In this document: positions 40,235-49,527 of the stretch, in pieces
Layout: every line of letters begins with the position of its first letter
Numbering within the stretch: position 1 is the stretch's first letter
Source of the DNA: Sneathiella sp.
GTDB lineage: Bacteria; Pseudomonadota; Alphaproteobacteria; Sneathiellales; Sneathiellaceae
Reading direction: 5' to 3'
Length of the DNA stretch: 64,000 bases
Assembly: GCF_029233945.1 (NCBI RefSeq)
Contig: NZ_JARGOQ010000011.1
Span: 100 to 64,099 of the forward strand
Position numbers and translations under genes: made by a program
Notes under the pieces: model-generated
What the model was told of the DNA's origin: nothing
The model's input: only the letters and a program-made list of their open reading frames with translations
Databases searched by the model: none

Positions 40235-41086
40235 ATGGTTCAGATAGAAAAACTGACGGGATTGATGGGCGCCGAAATTACGGGATTCGATATCACCGGG
40301 GGCATCACGGCGGACATGGCGAATTTCCTGCGCCATGCGCTGGCGGATCATCAGATGATCGCCCTTCGCGGCCTGCACCCGACGATCAAACAGCAGAAAG
40401 AGCTCACCGAAGTTTTCGGGCCTGTCATGAAGCTGCCCTATGTTGAGCCGATGCCGGAGGATGATGAGGTTATCGCGGTACTGAAAGAGGCGGATGAATG
40501 CAATAAGGGTGTTTTTGGCGGCGACTGGCATTCTGATTTCAGTTTTCTTGAAAATCCGCCTGCCGGGTCAATCCTGTCCGCGATCGAGGTTCCGAAAGTA
40601 GGCGGGGACACGGTCTGGGCGAGTCAGGTGTCCGCCTATGCCTCCTTGCCGGACAAGCTGAAAAAGATCGTTGACGGGCGCAAGGCGGTTCATATTGGCG
40701 CGCCCTATGGCGTGACGCATCAACCACCCGAAGAGGAGCGGGCGGGGGCCTCCATTCGTATGTCCCGGGGGGATCCAAAGGCTGACCGGGAAATATTACA
40801 TCCGGCTGTGATAACCGAGCCGTTAAGCGGTCGCCGGTCGCTTTTTCTGAACCCCATCTATACAACCCGCTTTGAAGATATGAGCGAAGAAGAGAGCGCG
40901 CCGATCCTTGCCGACATATATAAGCACTGCACCCGCCCGGACTTTTCCTGCCGGTTTCGCTGGCGGGCCGGGGATGTGGCGATCTGGGACAATCGCACCT
41001 GTCTTCATTACGCCACCAATGATTATGATGGCGCTCGCAGGTTACTGTATCGCACGACGTTCAGCGCCGATCCGCCTGCCGCCTGA
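40235..41086 (+). CDS. TauD/TfdA family Fe(II)/2-oxoglutarate dioxygenase
   Basis: WHSD (HxD), GGDT, HP...., WDNRTCLH. Confidence 0.92.
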   Translation: MVQIEKLTGLMGAEITGFDITGGITADMANFLRHALADHQMIALRGLHPTIKQQKELTEVFGPVMKLPYVEPMPEDDEVIAVLKEADECNKGVFGGDWHSDFSFLENPPAGSILSAIEVPKVGGDTVWASQVSAYASLPDKLKKIVDGRKAVHIGAPYGVTHQPPEEERAGASIRMSRGDPKADREILHPAVITEPLSGRRSLFLNPIYTTRFEDMSEEESAPILADIYKHCTRPDFSCRFRWRAGDVAIWDNRTCLHYATNDYDGARRLLYRTTFSADPPAA

Positions 41087-41093
41087 CAGGCGT

Positions 41094-42782
41094 TCAGGCG
41101 GCTGCGCCGTTCCGGAGCAATTTGCCGGGAAGTGCAGCAGCCTTGGGGATTGAGGCCTGGTTTTCCTCTAGCAGTACCTGCCCGTTGACAATAACGGTTT
41201 TCATGCCGCTTGCAGGGGAGATCAGCCGGTCCGCGCCGGTAGGCAAATCATAAACACGTTCCAGCTTGCCCGCGGAGATGGTGGCCGGATCGAAGATGAC
41301 CACATCAGCCAAAGCTCCTTCGGCAAGGAGGCCGCGATCCGTGATCCCAAACAACTCCGCTGGCTTCTGGGTCAGCATATGGATTGCCTGTTCCAGTTTA
41401 AGAGTATTTTTCTCGCGCACCCAATATCCCAGAAGATGGGTTGAGTAGCAGGCGTCACAGAGCTGGCTTGCATGGGCACCGGCATCGGAAAGCCCGAGAA
41501 TGAGGTTATCATCTTGCAGGAGCTCGGCGACTTCCTCCTCATCATAATTGACAATGGGGAAGCGGAAGCGGGCGACGAAATCCGTCTCAAGCGAGAGATC
41601 GAGCACAAAGTCAATCGGGTCTTTCCCCTGACCTTCGGCGATTTCCCGAAGCGGCTGTTCCTCCCATTCGGGATTGCCAGGCGCCATGGAGATAACGCAG
41701 CGATCTATCCAGCCCGCTACGGCATTGCGCGCATCTGCCGCCGTATCCTCGCGGAACTGATTACGAAACTCAGGGTCGCGATAGATGGTCTTGCGGCCTT
41801 CGCGGTCGGCTTCCATGATCTGCTTAAAGAGGGGGCGCATCTCGAAGGGGAAGGGCTCGTTAAACTCGAAATCGAAATTGATGGGGCGGCAGGCGACCTG
41901 CGGATGAATTTTGACCCCGTCTTCCCGCAGCTTGCGCGTCGTTTCCTGGTGGCGGCGATGGGAGCCGGGGCCGGACATACCGGAGAGCAGCGCTGTCCAG
42001 GTGACAGGGATATCATGTTTCTGGGAGAGCAGGGCGAGCTGGTCATGGAACAGCGTCGGGCCAACCGTTGCCTGCACGATTTTTGCGCCGCCGAGACGCG
42101 CTGCAGCAACCAGCCGGTCCATCTCGATCATGTCGGCGAGACGGCTTGGCACTGGTTTGCCGCCATAGCCATGATGGGTTGTCGCTTGCGAGGTGGAAAA
42201 GCCGATCGCGCCGGCCTCCATCGCTTCGCGGACAATATCGGCCATACTGGCAACTTCCGCGTCATTGGCAGTACGTTCCACCGCATCCGGTCCCATGACG
42301 TAGGTTCGGATTGGGGTATGTCCGGCAAAAACCGCGAGGTTGATGGCTGTTCCGCGCGCTTCAATCGCGTCCATATATTCGGGGAAGCTCTCGAAGGGCC
42401 AATCACTTCCGAGGCCTTCGGCGAGGGCGTCATAGGACATCCCCTCGACCTTCTCAAGTGTTCGCATGATGCTGGTGCGATGCTCGGGCCGGGTCGGGGC
42501 AACCCCAAAGCCGCAGTTGCCGATCACCGCCGTGGTCACGCCGTGCCAGGGGGAGATGGAGAGCATCCGGTCCCAGATAACCTGCGCATCATAGTGGGTA
42601 TGGATATCGACGAAACCGGGGGAGATCACCAACCCGGTGGCATCAATTTCGCGTACCGCGTCACCGTCAACTTCGCCGACAGAGACGATCTTGCCGTCTT
42701 TAATACCCACATCGCCGACATAGCCGGAGGCTCCCGTCCCGTCGATGATTGTCCCATTCGTGATTTTCAGATCGAGTGACAT
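41094..42782 (-). CDS. N-acyl-D-amino-acid deacylase-like amidohydrolase
   Basis: NGTIIDGTG, PGFVDIHTHYD, GVTT...GNCG, SDAGAH, GALADVVIFD. Confidence 0.88.
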   Translation of the reverse strand: MSLDLKITNGTIIDGTGASGYVGDVGIKDGKIVSVGEVDGDAVREIDATGLVISPGFVDIHTHYDAQVIWDRMLSISPWHGVTTAVIGNCGFGVAPTRPEHRTSIMRTLEKVEGMSYDALAEGLGSDWPFESFPEYMDAIEARGTAINLAVFAGHTPIRTYVMGPDAVERTANDAEVASMADIVREAMEAGAIGFSTSQATTHHGYGGKPVPSRLADMIEMDRLVAAARLGGAKIVQATVGPTLFHDQLALLSQKHDIPVTWTALLSGMSGPGSHRRHQETTRKLREDGVKIHPQVACRPINFDFEFNEPFPFEMRPLFKQIMEADREGRKTIYRDPEFRNQFREDTAADARNAVAGWIDRCVISMAPGNPEWEEQPLREIAEGQGKDPIDFVLDLSLETDFVARFRFPIVNYDEEEVAELLQDDNLILGLSDAGAHASQLCDACYSTHLLGYWVREKNTLKLEQAIHMLTQKPAELFGITDRGLLAEGALADVVIFDPATISAGKLERVYDLPTGADRLISPASGMKTVIVNGQVLLEENQASIPKAAALPGKLLRNGAAA

Positions 42783-42864
42783 CTTTTTCTCCCTCTCGCG
42801 GCGGGGCGTCTCGTGCGCCCATTACCTTTCTGTTGCGACGTAAGTCGCCGCAGCTTAGTTGTTG

Positions 42865-43920
42865 TTAGGTCGGCCGGGTTGTTAGCCAGGGCCAGAGATC
42901 ATCGGCCTCCAGGTTTAGGATATGCCCGCCGATCCAATCGGCCCAATAGCTGTCCGAACCGAATTCATCCCGCCAGGACCAGAGCCGCCGCGTGCGGAAA
43001 TGCAGATCATGTTCATAGGTGAAGCCGATGGCGCCATGAATCTGATGCGCGTGGGAGGTGACAACGCCTGCCGCTTCGCTGATCCGTGTCTTGGCGGCGG
43101 CAATTTCGAACGTGCTGTCGATATCTCCGTCCACGGCGAGATCGGCCGCCTGAAATGCGCCAAGGGCCGCGGCACCGGACGCCGCCGCATGTCCCGCCAT
43201 CTCCGCCATATTCTGCTGGATCGCCTGAAACTTGCCGAGCGGTCGCCCGAATTGCACCCGGTCATTGGCATATTGCACGCTCGCTTCCAGCACCCATTCA
43301 ATAGCCCCCGCCATCTGGGACGCGCGCATCATCGCGCCGAGCGCGAAGACGGACTGCACCGTCATTCCGGACGGGAGCTTGCCACTTTCAACAGGGGTTG
43401 CGTTGCTGAAATCAAGCGTATCACGCGGTTCGGCGGCGATATTCTGATTTTCACCGAGCGCATAGTCGCCCGCCTTGACGAGGACGATGCCATCATCCGT
43501 GACCACGGCAACATGATCGGCCTTGCGGCCCCAGGGTACCCGCGTTGCTGTTCCCGAGACCTTGCCATCCTTCAACTGGATCGCTTCACCGTCACGAACG
43601 GGGGCAAAGACGGTGATACCGTCAGGCGGCGCTATCCCCGCGCTTGCGAGGACGTAATTCGCGAGGATTTGCTCGACAATGGGAAGCGGGACCGCATGAC
43701 GGCCAACGGCGCGGGCAATAACTTCCGCATCGGCGAACTGCCCGCTGACGCCGCCCATATCTTCTGGGACGAGGACGTGCAAAAGGCCGTTTTCGGCGAT
43801 AGCTTCCAGCAATGCATCAGGGAAAACTCCCTCTTCCGCCTGCTCTCTCGAATTCTTTGTAACCTGGTCGGAGAAAAGTTTCTCGACCGTATCGGCCATA
43901 ATTTGACGGAGTTCATTCAT
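42865..43920 (-). CDS. acyl-CoA dehydrogenase family, partner (beta-type) subunit
   Basis: RVQFGRPLGKFQAIQ and HQIHGAIGFTYE, but no S/TEPxxGSD motif; 4-nt overlap with upstream ACAD. Confidence 0.88.
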   Translation of the reverse strand: MNELRQIMADTVEKLFSDQVTKNSREQAEEGVFPDALLEAIAENGLLHVLVPEDMGGVSGQFADAEVIARAVGRHAVPLPIVEQILANYVLASAGIAPPDGITVFAPVRDGEAIQLKDGKVSGTATRVPWGRKADHVAVVTDDGIVLVKAGDYALGENQNIAAEPRDTLDFSNATPVESGKLPSGMTVQSVFALGAMMRASQMAGAIEWVLEASVQYANDRVQFGRPLGKFQAIQQNMAEMAGHAAASGAAALGAFQAADLAVDGDIDSTFEIAAAKTRISEAAGVVTSHAHQIHGAIGFTYEHDLHFRTRRLWSWRDEFGSDSYWADWIGGHILNLEADDLWPWLTTRPT

Positions 43921-45068
43921 CGTAAGCCGAGCCCCCGTGCAATAATGCCGCGTAAAATCTCTCGCGTGCCACCCCGGAGGGAGAAGGAGACGGCGGCTTG
44001 TGTGATATAGGCGCGCACCTGCTCAAAATCAGTTGTGGCGGTTATGCTGGCCTCAGTTCTGGCGAAACGATGTGCAATTTCGGGCATATCCTGTTCATAG
44101 ATTGCGCCAAGATCCTTGACGACGGAGGCCTCCAGCGCCGGATTGGAGCGAGATTCAAGCTTTCCGGCAACGGAGATCGACATCCGGCGCAGCGTCGCGA
44201 GATGTGCGATTAGTCGGCCAATCTGTTCCTGTGCCTTCTTGCCGGGGTCGAGCTTTGCTTCCCGGATCAGCTCGATCAAGAGTTGGATGGAGGACATATA
44301 GCGTTCCGGCCCGGACCGTTCGAAGGCGAGCTCAGCCGTGACCTGTTGCCAGCCATCACCCTCGTCGCCGATGCGGTCTTCCTCGGGTACGAAGAAATCC
44401 TCGAACACGACCATATTGAAATGCTTCTCGCCCGCGAGATTCTTGATCGGGTCGATGGTGAGACCCTTGGCCTGTTTCAGGTTGATCAGGAACTGGCTCA
44501 TGCCGGCATGCCGGTTTTCCGACGTTGGACTTGTCCGCACCAGCGCGATCATCCAGTCGCAATGATGCGCGCCGGTCGTCCACACTTTCGTGCCGTTAAT
44601 CAGATAGCCGCCGTCAACCTTGTCCGCCTTGGTGCGGATAGAGGCAAGGTCGGAGCCGCTGTCCGGCTCACTCATGCCGATACAGAAGAAAGATTCCCCC
44701 TTGATGATGCCGGGGAGAATACGGTGGCACTGCTCCTCCGTTCCAAAGCGGAGGATCGTGGGACCGCTCTGGCGATCGGCAATCCAGTGACTGCCGACCG
44801 GGGCGCCATAGGCGAGAAGTTCTTCGAGTAAGGCATAGCGCTCAAAAAAGGAGCGTTCCGCGCCGCCGTATTTTTTCGGCCATGTCAGTCCAATCCATCC
44901 CTTTTCCCCCATCTTGCGGGAGAAATCCGGATCGAGACCGGCCCAGGACCGGGAGCGTAGCACGGCCGGATAGTCGGCCAGCTCTTCATTTAGATACTCT
45001 CGTACTTCCAGCCGCAGTGCTTCCGCCTCAGGCGGCAGGCTGTAGGGGTCGAAATTAAAATACTGCAT
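43917..45068 (-). CDS. acyl-CoA dehydrogenase family (alpha-type subunit)
   Basis: IGMSEPDSGSDLA, NGTKVWTT, LAFERSG, GGTREI. Confidence 0.92.
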   Translation of the reverse strand: MQYFNFDPYSLPPEAEALRLEVREYLNEELADYPAVLRSRSWAGLDPDFSRKMGEKGWIGLTWPKKYGGAERSFFERYALLEELLAYGAPVGSHWIADRQSGPTILRFGTEEQCHRILPGIIKGESFFCIGMSEPDSGSDLASIRTKADKVDGGYLINGTKVWTTGAHHCDWMIALVRTSPTSENRHAGMSQFLINLKQAKGLTIDPIKNLAGEKHFNMVVFEDFFVPEEDRIGDEGDGWQQVTAELAFERSGPERYMSSIQLLIELIREAKLDPGKKAQEQIGRLIAHLATLRRMSISVAGKLESRSNPALEASVVKDLGAIYEQDMPEIAHRFARTEASITATTDFEQVRAYITQAAVSFSLRGGTREILRGIIARGLGLR

Positions 45069-45167
45069 AGAAAATCAGGGCCCTTTTCGATAGCCTTCAT
45101 TCATCGGACTACGTTCTTATTTTTTTGATCCGGCCATTGTGGCCATATTTACAGATGCTGGCAATGG

Positions 45168-46703
45168 CTATTCTGCCATGGCCAGTTCAGCGGATTGTGT
45201 CTTTTCCGGCTTTTTCAATAGGAGCAACAGAGGCGTCGATATAATCATCACCCACATCATTAATGTAAAATCGTTGAGAAAGGCAATGGTGGCGGCCTGC
45301 CGGGTTACCTCGTTATCCAATGCCAGGAGGCCTGACGTCATATTCCAGTTCCAGGCATTGGGCAGAAAGGGGGCCTGCATTGCATCGCGAAAGGGAGTCA
45401 TCTGCTCCGCCATACTGGCGTGATTGACCTGGGTATTGCGGCCGAGCATGGTGAAGACAATTGAGATCCCGATACTGCTGCCGATGTTGCGCAGCAGGCT
45501 GAACATGGCGGTTCCTTCATTGCGAAAATGTGCGGCGAGTGTCGAAAAGGTGAGAGTGCTTAAGGGTATAAAGATAAACCCAAGGCCGATGCCTTGTATA
45601 ATTCCCGTCCAAACAAGGGTTGCAACGGATACATCGGTGGTGAAAGTTGACATCTCCCACAGGGAGTAGGCCGTGAGACTAAGGCCGAAAAAGATCAACA
45701 GACGGCTATCTATTTTCCCGATCAACCGACCGACAAAAACCATCGCGACCATGGTGCCCAAGCCGCGCGGCGCCAGTACATATCCCGTGATCAAAACAGG
45801 AAAATCCATAAGATTCTGCAAAAAGGGCGGCAGCAACGCCATGGTGGCAAACAGGATAATGCCGACCATAAAGATCAGGAGAAGACCAACGCTAAAATTA
45901 CGATCCTTGAACAAACCTGGTTCGATAAAGGGCATTTTCGCGGTGAACATATGTACCAGAAACATATAAAAGCAAAGCCCGGCAACGACAGCTTCGATAA
46001 TGATTTCAGTCGAGGAGAACCAGTCCTGCGATTCCCCGCGATCGAGCATCATCTGAAATGCGCCGATGGCAAGGCTCAGCAACGCGAATCCGAAGTAATC
46101 AAAATTACGGGCGCGCTCTTTCGCGGTTTCAGGAACAAAGGCAAGGATGCCCAGCAATGCAAGAATGCCGAAGGGTAGGTTAATGAAGAAAACCCAGCGC
46201 CAGTTATATGTTTCGGTTAGAAAACCGCCAAGCGTCGGACCCAGGATCGGCCCGACCATGACGCCCATCCCCCACATTGCCATGGCAGAGCCATGTTTCT
46301 CAGTCGGATAAGTATCCAGCAGGACGGCCTGTGATAACGGGACCAGCCCAGCCCCGAAGGCACCTTGTAGTAACCGAAAGATCACAATCTCGTTCAATGT
46401 CGTTGCCGTGCCGCATAGCATCGACATAATGGTGAAACCGATCACCATGATAACGAACAACCGCTTGCGGCCAAGGCGGGAGGCGAGAAAGCCCGTCGGT
46501 GGTGTCATGATTGCCGCGGCAACAATATAAGAGGTGAGAACCCAGGAAATCTGATCTTGCGTTGCCGACATGGTCCCTTGCATATGGGGCAGGGCGACAT
46601 TGGCGATGGTCATGTCCAGCGCCTGCATAATTGTCGCCAGCATGATGGAAACGGTAATCAGGCCGCGCTCGAGAGGGGTGCTTTCGGCCGCTCCCTCAGT
46701 CAT
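45168..46703 (-). CDS. emrB: DHA2 family MFS efflux permease (EmrB/QacA)
   Basis: LDMTIANVALP, SWVLTSYI, GPILGPTLGG, WRWVFFINLP. Confidence 0.9.
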   Translation of the reverse strand: MTEGAAESTPLERGLITVSIMLATIMQALDMTIANVALPHMQGTMSATQDQISWVLTSYIVAAAIMTPPTGFLASRLGRKRLFVIMVIGFTIMSMLCGTATTLNEIVIFRLLQGAFGAGLVPLSQAVLLDTYPTEKHGSAMAMWGMGVMVGPILGPTLGGFLTETYNWRWVFFINLPFGILALLGILAFVPETAKERARNFDYFGFALLSLAIGAFQMMLDRGESQDWFSSTEIIIEAVVAGLCFYMFLVHMFTAKMPFIEPGLFKDRNFSVGLLLIFMVGIILFATMALLPPFLQNLMDFPVLITGYVLAPRGLGTMVAMVFVGRLIGKIDSRLLIFFGLSLTAYSLWEMSTFTTDVSVATLVWTGIIQGIGLGFIFIPLSTLTFSTLAAHFRNEGTAMFSLLRNIGSSIGISIVFTMLGRNTQVNHASMAEQMTPFRDAMQAPFLPNAWNWNMTSGLLALDNEVTRQAATIAFLNDFTLMMWVMIISTPLLLLLKKPEKTQSAELAMAE

Positions 46704-47914
46704 TTGCCGCTATCCGCCTCCCGGGCAATGGCTACCGAAGGCAGGGCGCCAAGCCAGTCGAGAGCGGTGTGTATGATTTTTGGCATCGGGCGGCTTTGCT
46801 CCGTATCGATCTCGACCATTGTACTCATGCCCGCGCGAAGGAGAGGATCATCCCTTTTTTGGACGACCTTGATCCGAATGGGAATTCGCTGCACCACCTT
46901 GACCCAGTTGCCGGTAGCATTCTGCGGCGGGATAACGGAAAATTCCGCGCCCGTGGCCTGGCTGAGGCTCTCGACGGTTCCCTGCCACTCCCGATCCGGA
47001 TAGGTATCTACATGGAGGATGACTTTCTGTCCCGGCGTAACATAGGTGAGGTCGGTTTCCTTGAAGTTGGCTTCTACCCATATATTCCTGTCGGCGACCA
47101 GGCTCATGACCGGACTGCTGAACGCCCCGTTGCCAATGACCTGCTGGCCGATCTGCGGCGTGTTGCCGGCAATCCCGTCGAACGGAGCGCGCACGGCGAC
47201 CCGTTCCAGATTGAGCGCCGCGCGTTCCTTTGCCGCCATGGCCGAAAGATAAAGCGCGTGTTGTTCCAGCGGAATATCCGGATTACCGCCGAGCTGAGCA
47301 CTGATTTCCGCCAGTTCCTGATTGATAACCAAAACCTGTTGCTTCGCGATATCGAGGTCGTGCCGCGTTGCGTCGAGCTTGCTGCGCGAGACCGCGCTAC
47401 TGGCAATCAGCCGCGTCTGCCGGTCATACTCTTTTTTGGCGAAGGCGATATTGGTGCGCGCAAGAGTGAGCTCCCCCAGTTTCTGCCGGTAAGTGGCCTT
47501 GAGACTGGCGATTTTGTCTCTGGCGTTGGCGAGCCCGGCATCGGCTTCTGCCATCGCGATTCGATAGGATCGATCATTGATCAGAAACAGGATATCGCCT
47601 TTGGCAACGCGCTGATTTTCCTTCACCGGAACAGCGGAAACCAGACCCGAAACCTCGGCGGCGACCATCACCTTATCCGCCTTTACATAGGCATTATCCG
47701 TGTCGACAAACCTGCCGCCGGTGTAATAGGCATATCCGCCGATAAGGATCACGGCAAGCGGCCCCAGCAGGAGAAGAAAATTCCGTATCCAGCGGCGATG
47801 ACGTCCTGATTTCTTCGGAGGTGAGGGTGCGACGCTTAAAACGGTTGGCGCCTCCGGATTTTGCCGCTCGGATTGAGTTAGATCATCTGAGGGATCAGGT
47901 GCGCTTTGAGACAT
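46700..47914 (-). CDS. emrA: HlyD family membrane fusion protein (EmrA)
   Basis: TDNAYV, VSGLV, ANFKETDL, QNATGNWVKVVQRIP; start MSQSAP. Confidence 0.9.
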   Translation of the reverse strand: MSQSAPDPSDDLTQSERQNPEAPTVLSVAPSPPKKSGRHRRWIRNFLLLLGPLAVILIGGYAYYTGGRFVDTDNAYVKADKVMVAAEVSGLVSAVPVKENQRVAKGDILFLINDRSYRIAMAEADAGLANARDKIASLKATYRQKLGELTLARTNIAFAKKEYDRQTRLIASSAVSRSKLDATRHDLDIAKQQVLVINQELAEISAQLGGNPDIPLEQHALYLSAMAAKERAALNLERVAVRAPFDGIAGNTPQIGQQVIGNGAFSSPVMSLVADRNIWVEANFKETDLTYVTPGQKVILHVDTYPDREWQGTVESLSQATGAEFSVIPPQNATGNWVKVVQRIPIRIKVVQKRDDPLLRAGMSTMVEIDTEQSRPMPKIIHTALDWLGALPSVAIAREADSGK

Positions 47915-48389
47915 TATCGTTTCTTTCGGCTTTTTCGGCATCTTCACCGCACAGGCGATTTTCGGCGGACAGCAGACTTTGCTTCGCTTGTAAAAGTGAC
48001 TTGATCAGGACAGCGCGCGCCTCTTCAGAGAGGTCCTTCAACGCGTCCTCATGCGTTTTCGCGGCTAAGGCCCACATTTGATCCAGCAGGGGCTGCGCTT
48101 TGGGTGTCAGGTAAAGCCGGATTGCCCGCCTGTCATCCGGATCGGGCCGCCGCGTGACAAGCCCTGCTTCCTCCAGTCGATCGATGAGGCGGGCCAGTGT
48201 AATCGGCTGAACCTCAAGCGAATCCGCCAGGGTCACTTGTTTGACCCCTTCCTGACGTGCGAGAAAGGCCAAGGCACGCCACTGGGCAAGAGAGAGACCC
48301 AATCCTTGTGCCCGCCGATTGTAGTTTCGGCGCATCAATCGGGACACGTCATTGACCAGAAAGCCGAGGCTTTCTTCCGGAAGCTTCAT
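47895..48389 (-). CDS. MarR family regulator (SlyA-like) of emrAB
   Basis: GLSLAQWRAL..EGVKQVTLA..LIDRLE..DRRA; start MKLPEE (track extends to 48509). Confidence 0.9.
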   Translation of the reverse strand: MKLPEESLGFLVNDVSRLMRRNYNRRAQGLGLSLAQWRALAFLARQEGVKQVTLADSLEVQPITLARLIDRLEEAGLVTRRPDPDDRRAIRLYLTPKAQPLLDQMWALAAKTHEDALKDLSEEARAVLIKSLLQAKQSLLSAENRLCGEDAEKAERNDNVSKRT

Positions 48390-48415
48390 ACCGCGTCTCC
48401 TTTTACTGAATGTTC

Positions 48416-48435
48416 TATATAATAAGCAATATATA
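48416..48435. promoter_or_regulatory. candidate MarR operator
   Basis: TATATAAT-AAGC-AATATATA imperfect inverted repeat about 27 nt upstream of marR start. Confidence 0.4.
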
Positions 48436-48463
48436 TTAAAATTCAATAAGGATGATGTCTGAT

Positions 48464-48499
48464 AAAAAAAGCCCGCTGCAAAAATCTTTCTCAGCGGGC
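48464..48499 (-). terminator. intrinsic terminator after the panE-like gene
   Basis: A7 tract then GCCCGCTG...CAGCGGGC stem. Confidence 0.7.
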
Positions 48500-48543
48500 C
48501 GTTTAACAAATGAAATCAGATAAATAGGGGAATTACTTCCTAA

Positions 48544-49527
48544 TTAGATGAAGCACCCAAGCCGTCGCGCCTTTTGCCGGACAAGAGCCGCAACCGTATC
48601 GATTGTTGGCGTTTCATGGCCCGTAATGGCACCGAGTTCCTGCACTGCGGTCACAAGGGCATCAATCTCCATTGGGCGGCGGCTTTCCATATCGACCAGC
48701 ATGGATGTCTTATGCGGACCGACTTTTGACGATCCTTCAATGCGCTTATCGACATTGATGGGATATTTGACGCCGAGGGCTTCGCCAATGGCCTGGGCCT
48801 CCAGCATCATCTTTCTTGCGATGGCACGGGTGTCCGGATCTCCGGTTATCTTATCAAGTGTCTCTTCGGTCAGAGCGGAGATTGGATTGAAGCTGAGATT
48901 ACCCCATAGCTTGACCCAGATATCGGACCGGATATCCGTCCGTACGGGGGCTTTTAATCCGGCCCCGATCAATAGCTTGGAGAGGATCGTAACGCGTTCG
49001 GTTCGCTCTCCCGTCGGCTCGCCCACCGGGAAGCGATCCCCGGCCATTTGTGCAATGACCCCGGGCTCTGTGACTTCTGCTGCCTGATAGATAACCGCGC
49101 CGATGGCCCGCTCCGGTCCGATCCCGTCCCAGATTGTTCCGTCCGGATCGACGGCCTTTACCCGCGCGTTTTCCTTGTCCCCGGTCAGACCGTAAAAATA
49201 CCACCAGGGAACGCCGTTCTGCGCGGTGACGACCGCCGTATTCGGGCCAAGAAGCGGTTGCAACTTGTCCACGATTCCGCTGATTGAATGGGCTTTCAGC
49301 GCGATGATGACGTAGTCTTGCGGGCCGAGTTCTGCCGGGTCATCCGTTGCCGTTATATTTTCAATGGTGAAGCTTTCTTCCGGCCCGTTGATTGTCAGGC
49401 CTTTTTCCCGGATTGCGGCCAGATGCGGCCCCCGCGCGATAAGGGAGACTTCCGCCTCGCCTTTTCGTGCCAGCAGTGCCCCGACCAGCCCGCCAATCGC
49501 GCCCGCGCCATAGATACAAATTTTCAT
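48544..49527 (-). CDS. 2-dehydropantoate 2-reductase family protein, probable oxalyl-CoA reductase (PanE2-like)
   Basis: GAGAIGG, TAQNGVPWWYF, WVKLWGNLSFNP, HKTSML; 1-nt overlap with upstream CoA ligase. Confidence 0.8.
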   Translation of the reverse strand: MKICIYGAGAIGGLVGALLARKGEAEVSLIARGPHLAAIREKGLTINGPEESFTIENITATDDPAELGPQDYVIIALKAHSISGIVDKLQPLLGPNTAVVTAQNGVPWWYFYGLTGDKENARVKAVDPDGTIWDGIGPERAIGAVIYQAAEVTEPGVIAQMAGDRFPVGEPTGERTERVTILSKLLIGAGLKAPVRTDIRSDIWVKLWGNLSFNPISALTEETLDKITGDPDTRAIARKMMLEAQAIGEALGVKYPINVDKRIEGSSKVGPHKTSMLVDMESRRPMEIDALVTAVQELGAITGHETPTIDTVAALVRQKARRLGCFI

